A stretch of DNA of 64,000 bases from contig NC_086108.1 in NCBI RefSeq assembly GCF_963921235.1, positions 116,438,001-116,502,000 of the forward strand, read 5' to 3'. The notes beneath the pieces were generated by a model that saw only the letters and a program-made list of their open reading frames with translations, did not search any database and had not been told where the DNA came from. Source of the stretch: Mobula hypostoma. Lineage: Eukaryota. Below are positions 35,458 through 48,661 of the stretch, in pieces (position 1 is the stretch's first letter; each line of letters starts with the position of its first letter). Position numbers and translations under genes: made by a program.

Positions 35458-37690
35458 AACATAGAAACATAGAAAATAGGTGCAGGAGTAGGCCATTCGG
35501 CCCTTCGAGCCTGCACCGCCATTTATTATGATCATGGCTGATCATCCAACTCAGAACCCCACCCCAGCCTTACCTCCATACCCCCTGACCCCCGTAGCCA
35601 CAAGGGCCATATCTAACTCCCTCTTAAATATAGCCAATGAACTGGCCTCAACAGTTTGCTGTGGCAGAGAATTCCACAGATTCACCACTCTCTGTGTGAA
35701 GAAGTTTTTCCTAATCTTGGTCCTAAAAGGCTTCCCCTCTATCCTCAAACTGTGGCCCCTCGTTCTGGACTTCCCCAACATCGGGAACAATCTTCCTGCA
35801 TCTAGCCTGTCCAATCCCTTTAGGATTTTATACGTTTCAATCAGATCCCCCCTCAATCTTCTAAATTCCAATGAGTACAAGCCCAGTTCATCCAGTCTTT
35901 CTTCATATGAAAGTCCTGCCATCCCAGGAATCAATCTGGTGAACCTTCTTTGTACTCCGTCTATGGCAAGGATGTCTTTCTTCAGATTAGGGGACCAAAA
36001 CTGCACACAATACTCCAGGTGTGGTCTCACCAAGGCCTTGTACAACTGCAGTAGTACCTCCCTGCTCCTGTACTCGAATCCTCTCGCTATAAATGCCAGC
36101 ATACCATTCGCCTTTTTCACTGCCTGCTGTACCTGCATGCCCACTTTCAATGACTGGTGTATAATGACACCCAGGTCTCGTTGCACCTACCCTTTTCCTA
36201 ATCGGCCACCATTCAGATAATAATCTGTTTTCCTATTTTTGCCACCAAAGTGGATAACTTCACATTTATCCACATTAAGTTGCATCTGCCATGAATTTGC
36301 CCACTCACCCAACCTATCCAAGTCACCCTGCATCCTCTTAGCATCCTCCTCACAGCTAACACTGCCACCCAGCTTCGTGTCATCCGCAAACTTGGAGTGC
36401 TGCATTCAATTCCCTCATCCAAGTCATTAATATATATTGTAAACAACTGGGGTCCCAGCACTGAGCCTTGCGGTACCCCACTAGTCACCGCCTGCCATTC
36501 TGAAAAGGTCCCATTTATTCCCACTTTTTGCTTCCTGTCTGCTAACCAATTCTCCACCCACACCAATACCTTACCCCCAATACCGTGTGCTTTAAGTTTG
36601 CAAACTAATCTCCTGTGTGGGACCTTGTCAAAAGCCTTTTGAAAATCCAAATATACCACATCCACTGGTTCTCCCCTATCCACTCTACTAGTTACATCCT
36701 CAAAAAATTCTATGAGATTCGTCAGACATGATTTTCCTTTCACAAATCCATGCTGACTTTGTCCGATGATTTCACCGCTTTCCAAATGTGCTGTTATCAC
36801 ATCCTTGATAACTGACTCCAGCAGTTTCCCCACCACCGACGTTAGGCTAACCGGTCTATAATTCCCCGGTTTCTCTCTCCCTCCTTTTTTAAAAAGTGGG
36901 GTTACATTAGCCACCCTCCAATCCTCAGGAACTAGTCCAGAATCTAACGAGTTTTGAAAAATTATCACTAATGCATCCACTATTTCTTGGGCTACTTCCT
37001 TAAGCACTCTAGGGTGCAGACCATCTGGCCCTGGGGATTTATCTGCCTTCAATCCCTTCAATTTACCTAACACCACTTCCCTACTAACATGTATTTCGCT
37101 CAGTTCCTCCATCTCACTGGACCCTCTGTCCCTTATTATTTCTGGAAGATTATTTATGTCCTCCTTAGTGAAGACAGAACCAAAGTAATTATTCAATTGG
37201 TCTGCCATGTCCTTGCTCCCCATAATCAATTCACCTGTTTCTGTCTGCAGGGGACCTACATTTGTCTTTACCAGTCTTTTCCTTTTTACATATCTACAAA
37301 AGCTTTTACAGTCTGTTTTTATGTTCCCTGCCAGTTTTCGCTCATAATCTTTTTTCCCCTTCCTAATTAAGCCCTTTGTCCTCCTCTGCTGAACTCTGAA
37401 TTTCTCCAAGTCCTCAGGTGAGCCACTTTCTCTGGCTAATTTGTATGCTTCTTCTTTGGAATTGATACTATCCCTAATTTCTCTTGTCAGCCACGGGTGC
37501 ACTACCTTCCTTGATTTATTCTTTTGCCAAACTGGGATGAACAATTGTTGTAGTTCATCCATACAATCCTTAAATGCTTGCCATTGCATATCCACCGTCA
37601 ATCCTTTAAGTGTCATTTGCCAGTCTATCTTAGCTAATTCACGTCTCATACTTTCAAAGTTACCCCTCTTTAAGTTCAGAATCTTTGTTT
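35458..37690 (-). mobile_element. Young CR1 (family A) with RT frameshifted near 36405 and 36187
   Basis: ORFs 36213..37649 and 35551..36186; nearly identical to 16488-17818. Confidence 0.95.
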
Positions 37691-38044
37691 CATGAACATG
37701 ACAGCATTATTCAGGAAGGTGAACCCACGAAAAGCATCTGGCCCAGATGGAGTACCTAATCAAGTACTAAAGACTTGAGATGTTCAACTGGCTGGAGGGT
37801 TCTTTGATATCTTTAACCTCTTAGCTTGGCAGTCTGAGGTACCCACCTGCTTCAAGCAGGTTTTAATTATACTGGTACCTAAGAAGAATGTGGTAAATTG
37901 TCTCAATAACTATTAATCAGCAACACTTACATCCACTGAAGCTTTGAAATGTTGGTGATGAAACATAATCAACCCCCGCCTAAGAAGTGAATTGGATTCA
38001 CTCTAGTTTGCTTACCAGCACAACAGGTTCACCGCAGATGCCAT

Positions 38045-40635
38045 TTTATACTTTATTGTCGCCAAACTATTGGTACTAGAACGTACAATCATCACAGCGA
38101 TGTTTGATTCTGCGCTTCACACTCCCTGGATTACAAATATTAAATATTAAAGATATTAAAAATAGTTAAAATCAGTAAATATTAAAAATTTAAATTATAA
38201 ATCGTAAATAGAAAATAGAAAAATGGAAAGTAAGGTAGTACAAAAAAACCAAGATGCAGGTCTGGATATTTGGAGGGTACGGCCCAGATCTGGGTCAGGA
38301 TCCATTCAGCAGTCTTATCATAGTTGAAAAGAAGCTGTTCCCAAATCTGGCCGTACAAGTCTTCAAGCTCCTGAGCCTTTTCCCAGAGGGAAGAGGGACA
38401 AAAAGTGTGTTGGCTGAGTGGGCCGTGTCCTTGATTATCCTGGCAGCACTGCTCCGATAGCGTGCGGTGTAAAGTGAGTCCACGGACGGAAGATTGGTTT
38501 GTGTGATGTGCTGGGCTGTGTTCACGATGTTCTGCAGCTTCTTTCGGTCTTGGACAGGACAACTTCCATACCAGGTTGTGATGCACCCTAGAAGAATGCT
38601 TTCTACGGTGCATCTATAAAAATTAGTGAGGGTTTTAGGGGACAGGCCAAATTTCTTCAGTTTTCTCAGGAAGCAAAGGCGCTGTTGGGGCTTCTTGGCA
38701 GTGAACTCTGCTTGTTTGGACCAAGTCAGGCCATTTGTGATATTGACCCTGAGGAACTTAAAGCTTTTGACCTGTTCCACTTGTGCACCACCGATGTGAA
38801 TTGGGTTGTGCAGTCCGCTACTCCTTCTGAAGTCAACAACCAATTCCTTCATCTTGCTGACGTTGAGGGATAGGTTATTGTCTTCGCACCATGCCACCAG
38901 GTTCTTAATTTCCTGTCTGTAGTCAAACTCATCATTACCCGAGATACGGCCTACAATTGTTGTGTCATCAGCAAACTTCTATATTGAGTTTGATGGAAAC
39001 TTGGCTACACAATCATGGGTGTACAGTGAGTACAGCAGGGGGCTTGTGGGGCACCGGTACTCAGAGTGATTGTAGAAGAGAGCTTGTCCCTTATTTTTAC
39101 AGCCTGGGTCCTGTCTATGAGGAAGTTGAAGATCCAGCTGCAGATCTGAGTGCTAAGGCCCAGGTTCCGGAGCTTAGGAATCAGTGTATTTGGCATGATG
39201 GTATTAAAGGCAGAGCTGTAGTCAATGAAACGGAACCTTACGTCTGTACCTTTATTCTCCAGGTGTTTTAAGGAGGAATGTAGGGCTAGAGAGATGGCAA
39301 CTGCTCCGGTAGGCGAATTAAAAAGCGTCAAGGTTGACCGGTAGGCTGTGGTTGATGTGTCCCAAAACCAATCTCTCGAAACTCTTCATAGCAATTGATG
39401 TCAGAGCCACAGGTCTATAGTCATTCAGGCATGCCACCTTGCTCTTCTCAGCACTGGGATTATCATTGCCTTCTTAAAACACGAGGGGATCTTAGACTGA
39501 AGCAAGGAGCAGTTGAAGATGTCAGCAAACACTCCAGCTAGCTCGCTTGCACAGGCCCAGAGAACCCGTCCTGGGACGCCATCTGGGTCCGTCACCTTCC
39601 TTGGATTTATCTTAAGGAAGGCCCTTCTAACATCCTCCCCGGTGACAATGAATCTCGATGCCACCAGGTCCGGTTCATCTGGAGGGAGTGGGACACTCCT
39701 CTTCTGTTTGAATCTTGCACAGAATACATTAAGTTCGGCAGGAAGAGAAGCGCTACAGTTATTGATATTCCCAGCCTTTTCTTTGCGCCCAGTGATCTCA
39801 TTTAGATCCTGCCATAGTCTACCGTCATCCCTCTAGTTAGCCTGGGCTTCCAACTTGGCCCGATATTGCCTCTTGGTGCCCTTAATGGTTTCCGGCGTTC
39901 ACCCCTGGATTCCGTGTAGCAACTGGTATCCCCGGACCTAAAAGCCGCAGCTCTAGCCTTTAAAAGGGACTTGACTTCATAATTCATCCAAGGTTTCCGG
40001 TTAGGGAATACCCGGATCGTCTTGCGAGACACACAGTCCTCTGTGCCTTTCCAGATAAAATCCGTGACAGCTGAGGCATACTCATCGAGGTTAGCTACCG
40101 AGTCCTTGAATACTAACCAGTCCACCGATTCAAAGTAGTCACGGAGGACCTCATCCGTTTCCTCCATCCAACGCGACGCTACTTTTGACATCGTGACCTC
40201 CCGCTTCAGTTTCTGTTTGTAAGCCGGGAGGAGGAGTACGGCCTGATGGTCCGATTTTCCGAAGTGAGGTCATGGAACGGAACAGTAGGCATCCTTGACT
40301 TGTGTAGCAGTGGTCAAGTATATTCGGGCCTCTAGTGGGGCAGGAGTCATGTTGGTATAACTTTGGCTCCGCCTTTCTGAGGTTGGCCTGGTTAAAGTCC
40401 CCGGCTGCAATGAGCAAAGCCTCCAGATACCTGGTCTCAAGTTCACTGATGTTGGCATACAGTTTGTTCAGAGCACACTCCAGGTCTGCCTGGGGAGGAA
40501 TGTAGACCACTGTCAGTATGACCGAGGTGAATTCCCGTGGCAGATAGTAGGGACGACACTTCACCGACAGGTATTCCAGGTCCGGGCTGCAGGACCTTGT
40601 CAGTGCCACTGTGTCTGAGCACCACGTAGTGCCTA
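38045..40635 (-). mobile_element. Rex1/Babar LINE (endonuclease and RT), disrupted
   Basis: CSPDLEYLSVKCRPYYLPREF...[39 protein letters not shown]. Confidence 0.9.
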
Positions 40636-40674
40636 TTGCCTCTTCACTCAACCCCGTAACATCTGGACAGCAGT

Positions 40675-43600
40675 GTTGGATCTCCTGTTAGGGAATGAGA
40701 TAGGTCAGGTGACGGAGGTTTGTGTTGGGGAGCACTTCGGGTCCAGTGATCACAATGCTATTAGTTTCAATATAGTTATGGAGAAGGATAGGTCTGGACC
40801 CAGGTTTGAGATTTTTGATTGGAGAAAGGTTAACTTTGAGGAGATGCGAAAGGATTTAGAAAGAGTAGATTGGGACAACTTGTTTTATGGGAAGAATGTA
40901 ATAGAGAAATGGAGGTCATTTAAAGGTGAGATTTTGAGCGTACAGGATCTTTATGTTCCTGTTAGGTTGAAAGGAAAGGTTAAAAGTTTGCGAGAGCCAT
41001 GGTTTTCAAGGGATATTGGAAACTTGGTTCGGAAAAAGAGAGATATCTACAAAAAATATAGGCAGCATGAGTAAATGAGGTGCTTGAGGAATATAAAGAA
41101 TGTAAAAAGAATCATAAGAAAGAAATTAGAAAACCTAAAAGAAGATACGAGGCTGCTTTAGCAAGTAAGGTGAAAGTAAATCCAAAGGGTTTCTACAGTT
41201 ATATTAATAGCAAAAGGATAGTGAGGGATAAAATTGGTCCCTTAGAGAATCAGAGTGGACGGCTACATGTGGAGCCAGAAGAGATGGAGGAGATTCTAAA
41301 CAATTTCTTTTCTTTGGTATTCACTAAGGAGAAGGATATTGAATTGGGCAAGATGAGGGAAACAGGTAGGGAAGTTATGGAATCTATGATGATTAAAGAA
41401 GTGGAAGTACTGGAGCTTTTAAGGAATAAAGAAGTGGATAAGTCTCCGGGTCCTGACAGAATATTCCCTAGGACCTTGAGGGAAGTTAGTGTAGGAATAG
41501 CAGGGGCTCTGACAGAAATATTTCAAATGTCATTAGAAACGGGGATGGTGCCGGAGGATTGGCATATTGCTCATGTTGTTCCATTGTTTAAAAAGGGTTC
41601 TAAGAGTAAACCTAGCAATTATCAGCCTGTGAGTTTGACGTCAGTGGTGGGTAAATTGATGGAAAGTATCCTTAGGGATGGTATATATAATTATCTGGAT
41701 AGACAGGGTCTGATTAGGAACAGTAAACATGGATTTGTGCGTGGAAGGTCATGTTTGACAAATCTTACTGAATTTTTTGAAGAGGATACTAGGAAACTTG
41801 ACGAGGGTAAAGCGGTGGATGCTGTCTACATGGACTTCAGTAAGACCTTTGACAAGGTTCTACATGGAAAGTTAGTTAGGAAGGTTCAGTCGTTAGGTAT
41901 TAATATTGAAGTAGTAAAATGGATTCAGCGGTGGCTGGATGGGAGACGCCAGAGAGTAGTGGTGGATAACTATTTGTCAAATTGGAGGCCGGTGTCTAGC
42001 GGTGTGCCTCAGGGATCTGTACTGGGTCCAATGTTATTTGTCATATACATTAATGATCTGGATGATGGGGTGGTAAATTGAATGAGTAAGTATGCAGGTG
42101 ATACTAAGATAGGTGGAGTTGTGGATAATGAAGTAAGTTTTCAAAGCTTGCAGAGAGATTTAGGCCAGTTAGAAGAGTGGGCTGAAAGATGGCACTTGGA
42201 GTTTAATTCTGATAAATGTGAGGTGCTACATTTTGGTAGGACTAATTAAAATAGGACATACATGGTAAATGGTAGGGCATTGAAGAATGCAGTAGAACAG
42301 AGGGATCTAAGAATAATGGTGCATAGTTCCCTGAAGGTGGAATCTCATGTGGATAGGGTGGTGAAGAAAGCTTTTGGTATGCTGGCCTTTATAAATCAGA
42401 GCATTGAGTATAGGAGTTAGGATGTAATGTTGAAGTTGTACAAGGCATTGGTGAGGCCAAACTTGGAGTATTGCATACAGTTTTGGTCACTGAATTATTG
42501 TCATGGTCCGGATCGGGGTCCCTTTAAATTTAGCTTGTTTATGTTACGATCCAGACCGTCGATTCCCTGTTTTCCCATGTCCCTCAATTTTGATGATTAA
42601 AGGAATTAACACTCGGCTGAACCGGCAGTTTATAGTCTCCGGCTTTCAGCTGTTCGGCGCGGGAGTATTTGCAAAGTCACCAAGGTACGGCGTGCCAATG
42701 TCATCTGGCCGGAGCAAGCCTAGTCTCCACCCGGAGCGAGTGCCGGTAATTCACCTTTCCTCACCGGAGCAACCCTGTCCAGTTACCTTGCCGAAGCGAG
42801 CCTACAAAGTTTCCTCATCAAGGTGGGTGCATCAGTTAACCCGCTGGAGGGAATCAAGAGCCGCGTCTACTGTTCCCGGGCCGAGTCGAGAGCTCGGCAC
42901 TACCCGGAGGCTTCAAGTCAAGTTCTGGCTCCAGGCGGCATTCAAGTACCATGTCAAGTCCTGGCCCTGGTCCATTCGTGTTGGTCTTGTCTTGTCTTGT
43001 CCTCACCTCTACAGGGTAAGTCTGGCCGTTTTGCCATTGCCCCGCAGGGAGTCATGTCTCGTCCTGTCCTCGCCTCCGTGGGGTAAGTCTGGCCATCTTG
43101 CCTTTGCCCCGCGGAGGGTCATGTTCTGTCTTGTCTTGTCCTCGCCTCCGTGGGGTAAGTCAGGTCACCTTGCCGTTGCCCCATGGAGGGTCATGAGTCC
43201 TGGCCCTATGTCCTGTACCCAAGGAGGGGTCCCGGCTCTCTGTTCTGTGTATGTGTCCATGTTCCATGTACCTGCTCCTCGAGACCGAGGCTCTGTGTTC
43301 CCATGTTCCGCCTCTCCATAGCCCATGTCATGTCCTTGCCTGGTTCTGGGATCTGAGCCCAAGGCAAGACCCAGGTACTGGGTCCTTGCCTAGTCTTGGG
43401 CTTGGAGTCCATACCACAGCCTCTTCTTGTCTCCTCTAGTTCTGGGAGCCGATTCCAAGTCCTAGCCCAGACCCTTGTCCCAGCCTAGTCGCAGTCCTGA
43501 GTCCTTGTCCAGTTTGCTACTCCTGCTCCTGTCTTGCTCTCCTGGTATCAAACAATAAACTAAATCTAAGTAACCTCACAAGATGTGTCTTGCATTTGGG

Positions 43601-44150
43601 TCCACCCTTGCTCCCAATGCCCTTGCCATTGTGACAATTATAGGAAAGATGTTAACAAAATAGAGAGAGTACAGAGAAGATTAACTAGAATGTTACCTGG
43701 GTTTCATCACCTAAGTTACAGAGAAAGGTTGAACAAGTTGGGTCTTTATTCTTTGGAACCTGGAAGGTTGAGGGGGGACTTGATAGAGGTATTTAAAATT
43801 ATGAGGGGGATAGATAGAGTTGACGTGGATAGGCTTTTTCCATTGAGAGTGGGGGAGATTCAAACAAGGACATGAGTTGAGAGTTAAAGGGCTAAAGTTT
43901 AGGTGTAACATGAGGGGGAACTTGTTACTCAGAGAGTGGTAGCTGTGTGGAACGAGCTTCCAGCAGAAGTGGTTGAGGCAGGTTTGATGTTGTCATTTTA
44001 AGTTAAATTAGATAGATATATGGACAGGAAGGGAATGGAGGGTTATGGGCTGAGTGCAGGTCGGTGGAACTAGGTGAGAGTAAGAGTTCGGCACGGACTA
44101 AAAGGGTCGAGATGGCCTGTTTCCGTGCTGTAATTGTTATATGGTTATAT
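40675..44150 (+). mobile_element. 5'-truncated CR1 LINE interrupted by a solo LTR
   Basis: ORFs 40673..41074, 41080..42081 and 43585..43875; TATATGGT tail. Confidence 0.95.
42499..43636 (+). mobile_element. Solo LTR (TGTCA...TGACA, 1138 bp) with 5-bp TSD ATTAT
   Basis: ATTAT at 42494-42498 and 43637-43641; AATAAA at about 43554; the host CR1 sequence is restored on removal; internal ~80-bp repeats. Confidence 0.9.
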
Positions 44151-46039
44151 CAGGATTCCCTTTATTGACTACAGTGCAGATTTCAATACCATCATCCCTC
44201 AGAACTAATCCAGAAGCTTCAAAGCTCTGGCCTCAATATCACCTTGTGCAATTGGATTCTTCATTTCCTCACTTGCAGACACCAGTCAGTTTGGAATGGC
44301 AACATCTCGCCCACAATCTCCATCAGCACAGGTGCACCGGAGGGCCTGTGCTTAGCCCCCTGCTCTACTCACTTTATACTTATGATTGTGAGGCTAAACA
44401 CAGCTCCAATGCTATATTTAAGTTTGCTGATGACACCGCTGTCATTGGCCAAATCATAGGTGGTGACGCATCTCCTTAAGGGAGGGAGAAGGAAAACATG
44501 GCTGAGTGGTGCCAAAACAACAGCCTCTGACTCAGTGTTAGCAAGACCAACAAGACACAACAGTGCCTCTACTTCCTAAAACTTTGACAAACTCCTTTAG
44601 ATGTGTGGTGGAGAGACTGACTGCATCACAGCCTGGTATGAAACCACCAAGGCCCTTAAATGGAAAATCCTACAAAAAGTACTGGATACAGCCCAGCTCA
44701 CTACTGAGCACATCTACATGGAACACCACTACAGGACAGCATCATCCATCACTAATGACCCCTGACATTCAGGCCAGGCTCTCTTCTTGCTGCTGCCTTC
44801 AGGAAGAAGGTACAGGAGCCTCAGGACCCATACCACCAGGTTCAGGAACAGTTACTACCCCTCAACCATCAGGCTCTTAAACCAGAGAGGATAACTTCAC
44901 TCAACTTCACTCCCCGATCTCTGAAATGTTCTCACAGCCTATGGACTCACTTTCAAAGACTCTTCATCTTCTGTTCTTGATATTTATTGCTTATTTATTA
45001 TTAGTATTATATCTTTTTTCTCTTGTATTTTCTTTTGTATTTGTAAATTTGTTGTCTTTTGCACATTGGCTGTTTGTCCATCCTGTTGGGTGCGATCTTT
45101 CATTGATACTCCTATGTTTCTTGTATTTACTGTGTATGCCCGCAATAAAATGAATCTCATATGGTGACATATATGTGCTTTGATAATAAATTTACTTTGA
45201 ACTTTGAGGATGTGGTACTGAGGCTTTATAAGGGGTTGGTCAGGCTGTACTTGGAGTATTGTGAGCAGTTTTGGGTACCTTATCAAAGAAAGGATGAGCT
45301 GGCATTGGAAAGGATCCTGAGGAGGTCCAAAAGAATGATCTTGGGAATGAACGGGTTGTCGTATGAGGAACATTTGATGTCCCTGGGCCTGTATTCACTG
45401 GAGTTTCGAGGAATGAGGAGGGATCACATTGAAACCTATCAAATAATGAAAGGCTTCGATAGAGTGGATGTGGAAAGGATGTTTCCTGTAGTGAGGGAGC
45501 TTAGGATCAGAGGGCACAGCCTCAGAATAGAAAGGAGGAATTCTGTTAACCAGAGAATGGTGAATCTGTGGAAGTCTTTGCCACAGACAGCTGTGGAGGC
45601 CATCATTGGGTATATTTAAAGTGGAGGTTGATAGATTCTTGATTAGTCAGGGCGTCAAAGGTTATGGGGAGGAGGCAGGAGAATGGGGTTGAGAGGGATA
45701 ATAAATCAGCGTGGTGGACTGATGGGGCAGCATCAATGGACTGAAGGGCCTAATTCTGCTCCTGTGTCTTTTGGTCTCATGGTCAGGCAGGATCTGTGGA
45801 GGAAAATGGATAGTCGGCATTTTGAGTTGAGGCTGTTCATGTGGATTGTTAAATGGGGTGAGTTCAGATAGCATGAATAGTTGGGCCGAAGGGTCTGTTT
45901 TTGTGCAGCTGACACTCTGAGTCATAGAACGTTACAGCACAGAAGCAGAACATTCGACCCATCTCATCCTTACAAACGCTAGCCATCGATCCGCACCTGG
46001 AAAATAGCCCCCATATCCATCCCATCCATGTACCTATCC

Positions 46040-47240
46040 AAACTAGAAATCGAAAGTTGTCAGATTTTATATGTCCTTAAAAAGAGAGAAATTGACCAGT
46101 ATTTTATGCCAAAGTAAGGACAATTATGAGGGAATAACAGGAGATCTAGCTGAGGCAAATTGTAACTCGGGTTAAAGGTCAGATAGGCAGGTGATAGAGG
46201 TAGATACTTTTGGGACATTTAAAAAGGTCCTAATGATAGAAAATCATCAGGAGTTTCTTAAATGCCCCAATGATGATAGAAAAATTGCTGGCTACATGGG
46301 AGGGAAGGGTTAGATTGATTTTAGAGTATGTTAAAATGTCGGCACAACTTTGTGGGATAAAGGACCTGTACTCATTTGTACTGTTGTATGTTCTATAACA
46401 TAGATAGTTAACGATGGCTCTGGGATTGTATTCACTAGATTTTAGAAGAATGGGGGGGGTGGATCTTTTTGAAACCTATTGAATATTGAAAAGCCTAGAT
46501 AGAGTAGATGTGGAGAGGATGTTTCCGATAGCGGGTGAGTCTAGGACCAAAGGGCACAGCTTCAGAAAAGAGGGACATCCCTTTAGAACAAAGATGAAGA
46601 GGAATGTCTTTAGCCAGTGGGTGGTGAATCTGTGGAATGCATTGCCACAGTGACTGTGGAGACAAAGTCAATGGGTACAGGGAGAAAGCAGGAGAGTGGG
46701 ATTGAGAGGGGTAATAAATCAGCCATGATGGAATGGGGGAGCAGATTCGATGGGCTGAATGGCTAATGCAGCTCCTATATCTCATGAATTGGCAGATAGG
46801 ACTGAAAACTTCCAAAGAGAGAATGAACCACTGGGTTAAGTTAAAGATAACATCGAACTTAAGGAACCCGGATAATTGTGTAAAGAATGTTAGTTCAGTG
46901 AATACAACAGAATAAAGAGAAGACAAAGAATAAGCAAAAGTCGAATAAGGAAGGAACTATAGAATTATAAAATTATAAGGATGTAATTACACTGGCTGGA
47001 AATATAAAAATGTACAAGTTTCCATAGATATCTATAGAGTTACTGGAGATATTCCAAGAAAGAAACATTAATAAATTGAGTGTTGGTCCAACAGAGATTG
47101 AGTCCAGAGAATTAATAATTGAAAACAAGGAGGAATAGATGAATTAAACAGGTACTTTTACATCAGATGCAAGGAAGATCCCAGAAATAGTTGTAATTTG
47201 GGAAATGGAGGGGAAGGAGAAATCAGCTATAATTACCAAG
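46040..47240 (+). mobile_element. Strongly decayed CR1 fragments
   Basis: GLYSLDFRRM / DRVDVERMFP relics at 46420-46790; ORF2 linker relics around them. Confidence 0.7.
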
Positions 47241-48661
47241 GAAAGAACAGAAATTGATTCACTCTGTGTCTAGGGAGAAAAAACTGTTCAATAATATTTC
47301 CCATCAAAGTTTCTTCTTCAGACCTGGGAAAGTGAGAAAAGCAGTTGGTGGTTGGGATGACAAGAAGGGATTTAGGGTGAGACTAAGGTTATCCAGGAGA
47401 TTCTGGTGTGTAAGGAATGATCTAGTTGATAGAAGGGACTGATAGAATATCTCCGATATGGTGAAACCAGGGTTTCCAGATGATTCTGCTGTCTATGGAA
47501 TGGTCCAGTTGATAGATAGGACTAAGGGAATCTCTCCAATATGGTGAGACCAGGGTCAAGGTGGCAGCTATGTATAATGCTCTCATGTTCGATATATGAA
47601 ACAATATATTTCACTTTTATGTCTGCTATGTTTTTTTTTGTCTTGAATGTGATTCTGGAACTGTTGAAGTCTGTGATTCTCAGTTTGGAGATCGTTTGGA
47701 TATTTCAGCACTCCGCAGTCTCCAAAGGGATTCTGGGAGGCAGAGGCAGTGTACGGTAACCTTGAGGAGAGAAGGCTGGGGGAAGGAGTGCAAGTCGATC
47801 TTTGACTCCATTTCATCACTAAAAGCTTCTAATATTTGCCAATTAAAGCGCCAGTTGAAGCATCAAGGCGAATGTGAAAGGTGAGTGCTGGATGCCTGCC
47901 TTTTGATTGTTGCTCGGATCACTCTGCTGCTGGAGATAGGAAACTACCTTTTGATTGGTGGTGGGATCGCTCTGCTGTCGGAGAGGGAAGAGCCTGCCAC
48001 TGTGCCTGGAGAACATTATTCAGGTTTTCTACATTTTGGATGTGGACTTGGTCTATAGACTTTTTCTGTCATTAGAGTTTTTTTATATATTCTGCGTTTT
48101 TCATCCAATCTTTCTCGGTTTTTTGTGTGGGGGGAGGGGGATTTGGGGGAATGACTCTGACAGAGTGAGACCAGGCTTTCCAGGTGATTCTGTTGTCTAT
48201 GGAATGGTTCAGTGATAGATAGGACTGAGGGAATAAGACCATAAGATAGAGGAGCAAAATTTGGCCATTTGTCCCATTAAGGAAATTCCCCTTCTTCTCC
48301 GTTCTAAAAGAGCATCCCTCTATTCTGAGTGTGTACCCTCTGGTCTTAGACTCTCCTACCAAAGGAAACATCCTTTTCACATCCACTCCATCAAGGCCTT
48401 TTACCATTCAATAGTTTCAATGAAGTTACCTAGTGAATACAGACCATTAAACACTCTTCATATGACAAGCCGTTCAATCTCAGAATATGTTCTGAGAACC
48501 TCCTTTGAAACCTCTCCACTGTCAACACATCATTTCTAAGATAAGGGGCCCAAACCTGCTCACAATACTTGAAGTGAGGCCTCAACCAATGCTTTATAAA
48601 ATCTCGACATAACATCTTTGCATTTATATTCTAGTCCTCGTGAAATGAGTGCTAATATGGA

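Larger units (their letters stand above)
35391..45204 (+). mobile_element. Old Rex1/Babar LINE in four pieces (35391-35460, 37693-38045, 40636-40674, 44152-45204)
   Basis: Collinear RT relics [50 protein letters not shown]. Confidence 0.75.
35100..45780 (+). mobile_element. Old CR1 (35100-35390 and 45205-45780) split by about 10 kb of nested insertions
   Basis: ...RGLEY at 35390 continues as DVVLRLYKGLVR at 45207. Confidence 0.75.

Noticed and set aside
36213..37649. Functional or domesticated reverse transcriptase gene
   Set aside because: 5'-truncated CR1 with frameshifts at the FADD motif; other RT ORFs in the window are similarly broken
42503..43321. 272-aa ORF
   Set aside because: Lies wholly within a solo LTR with internal repeats; no recognisable domain
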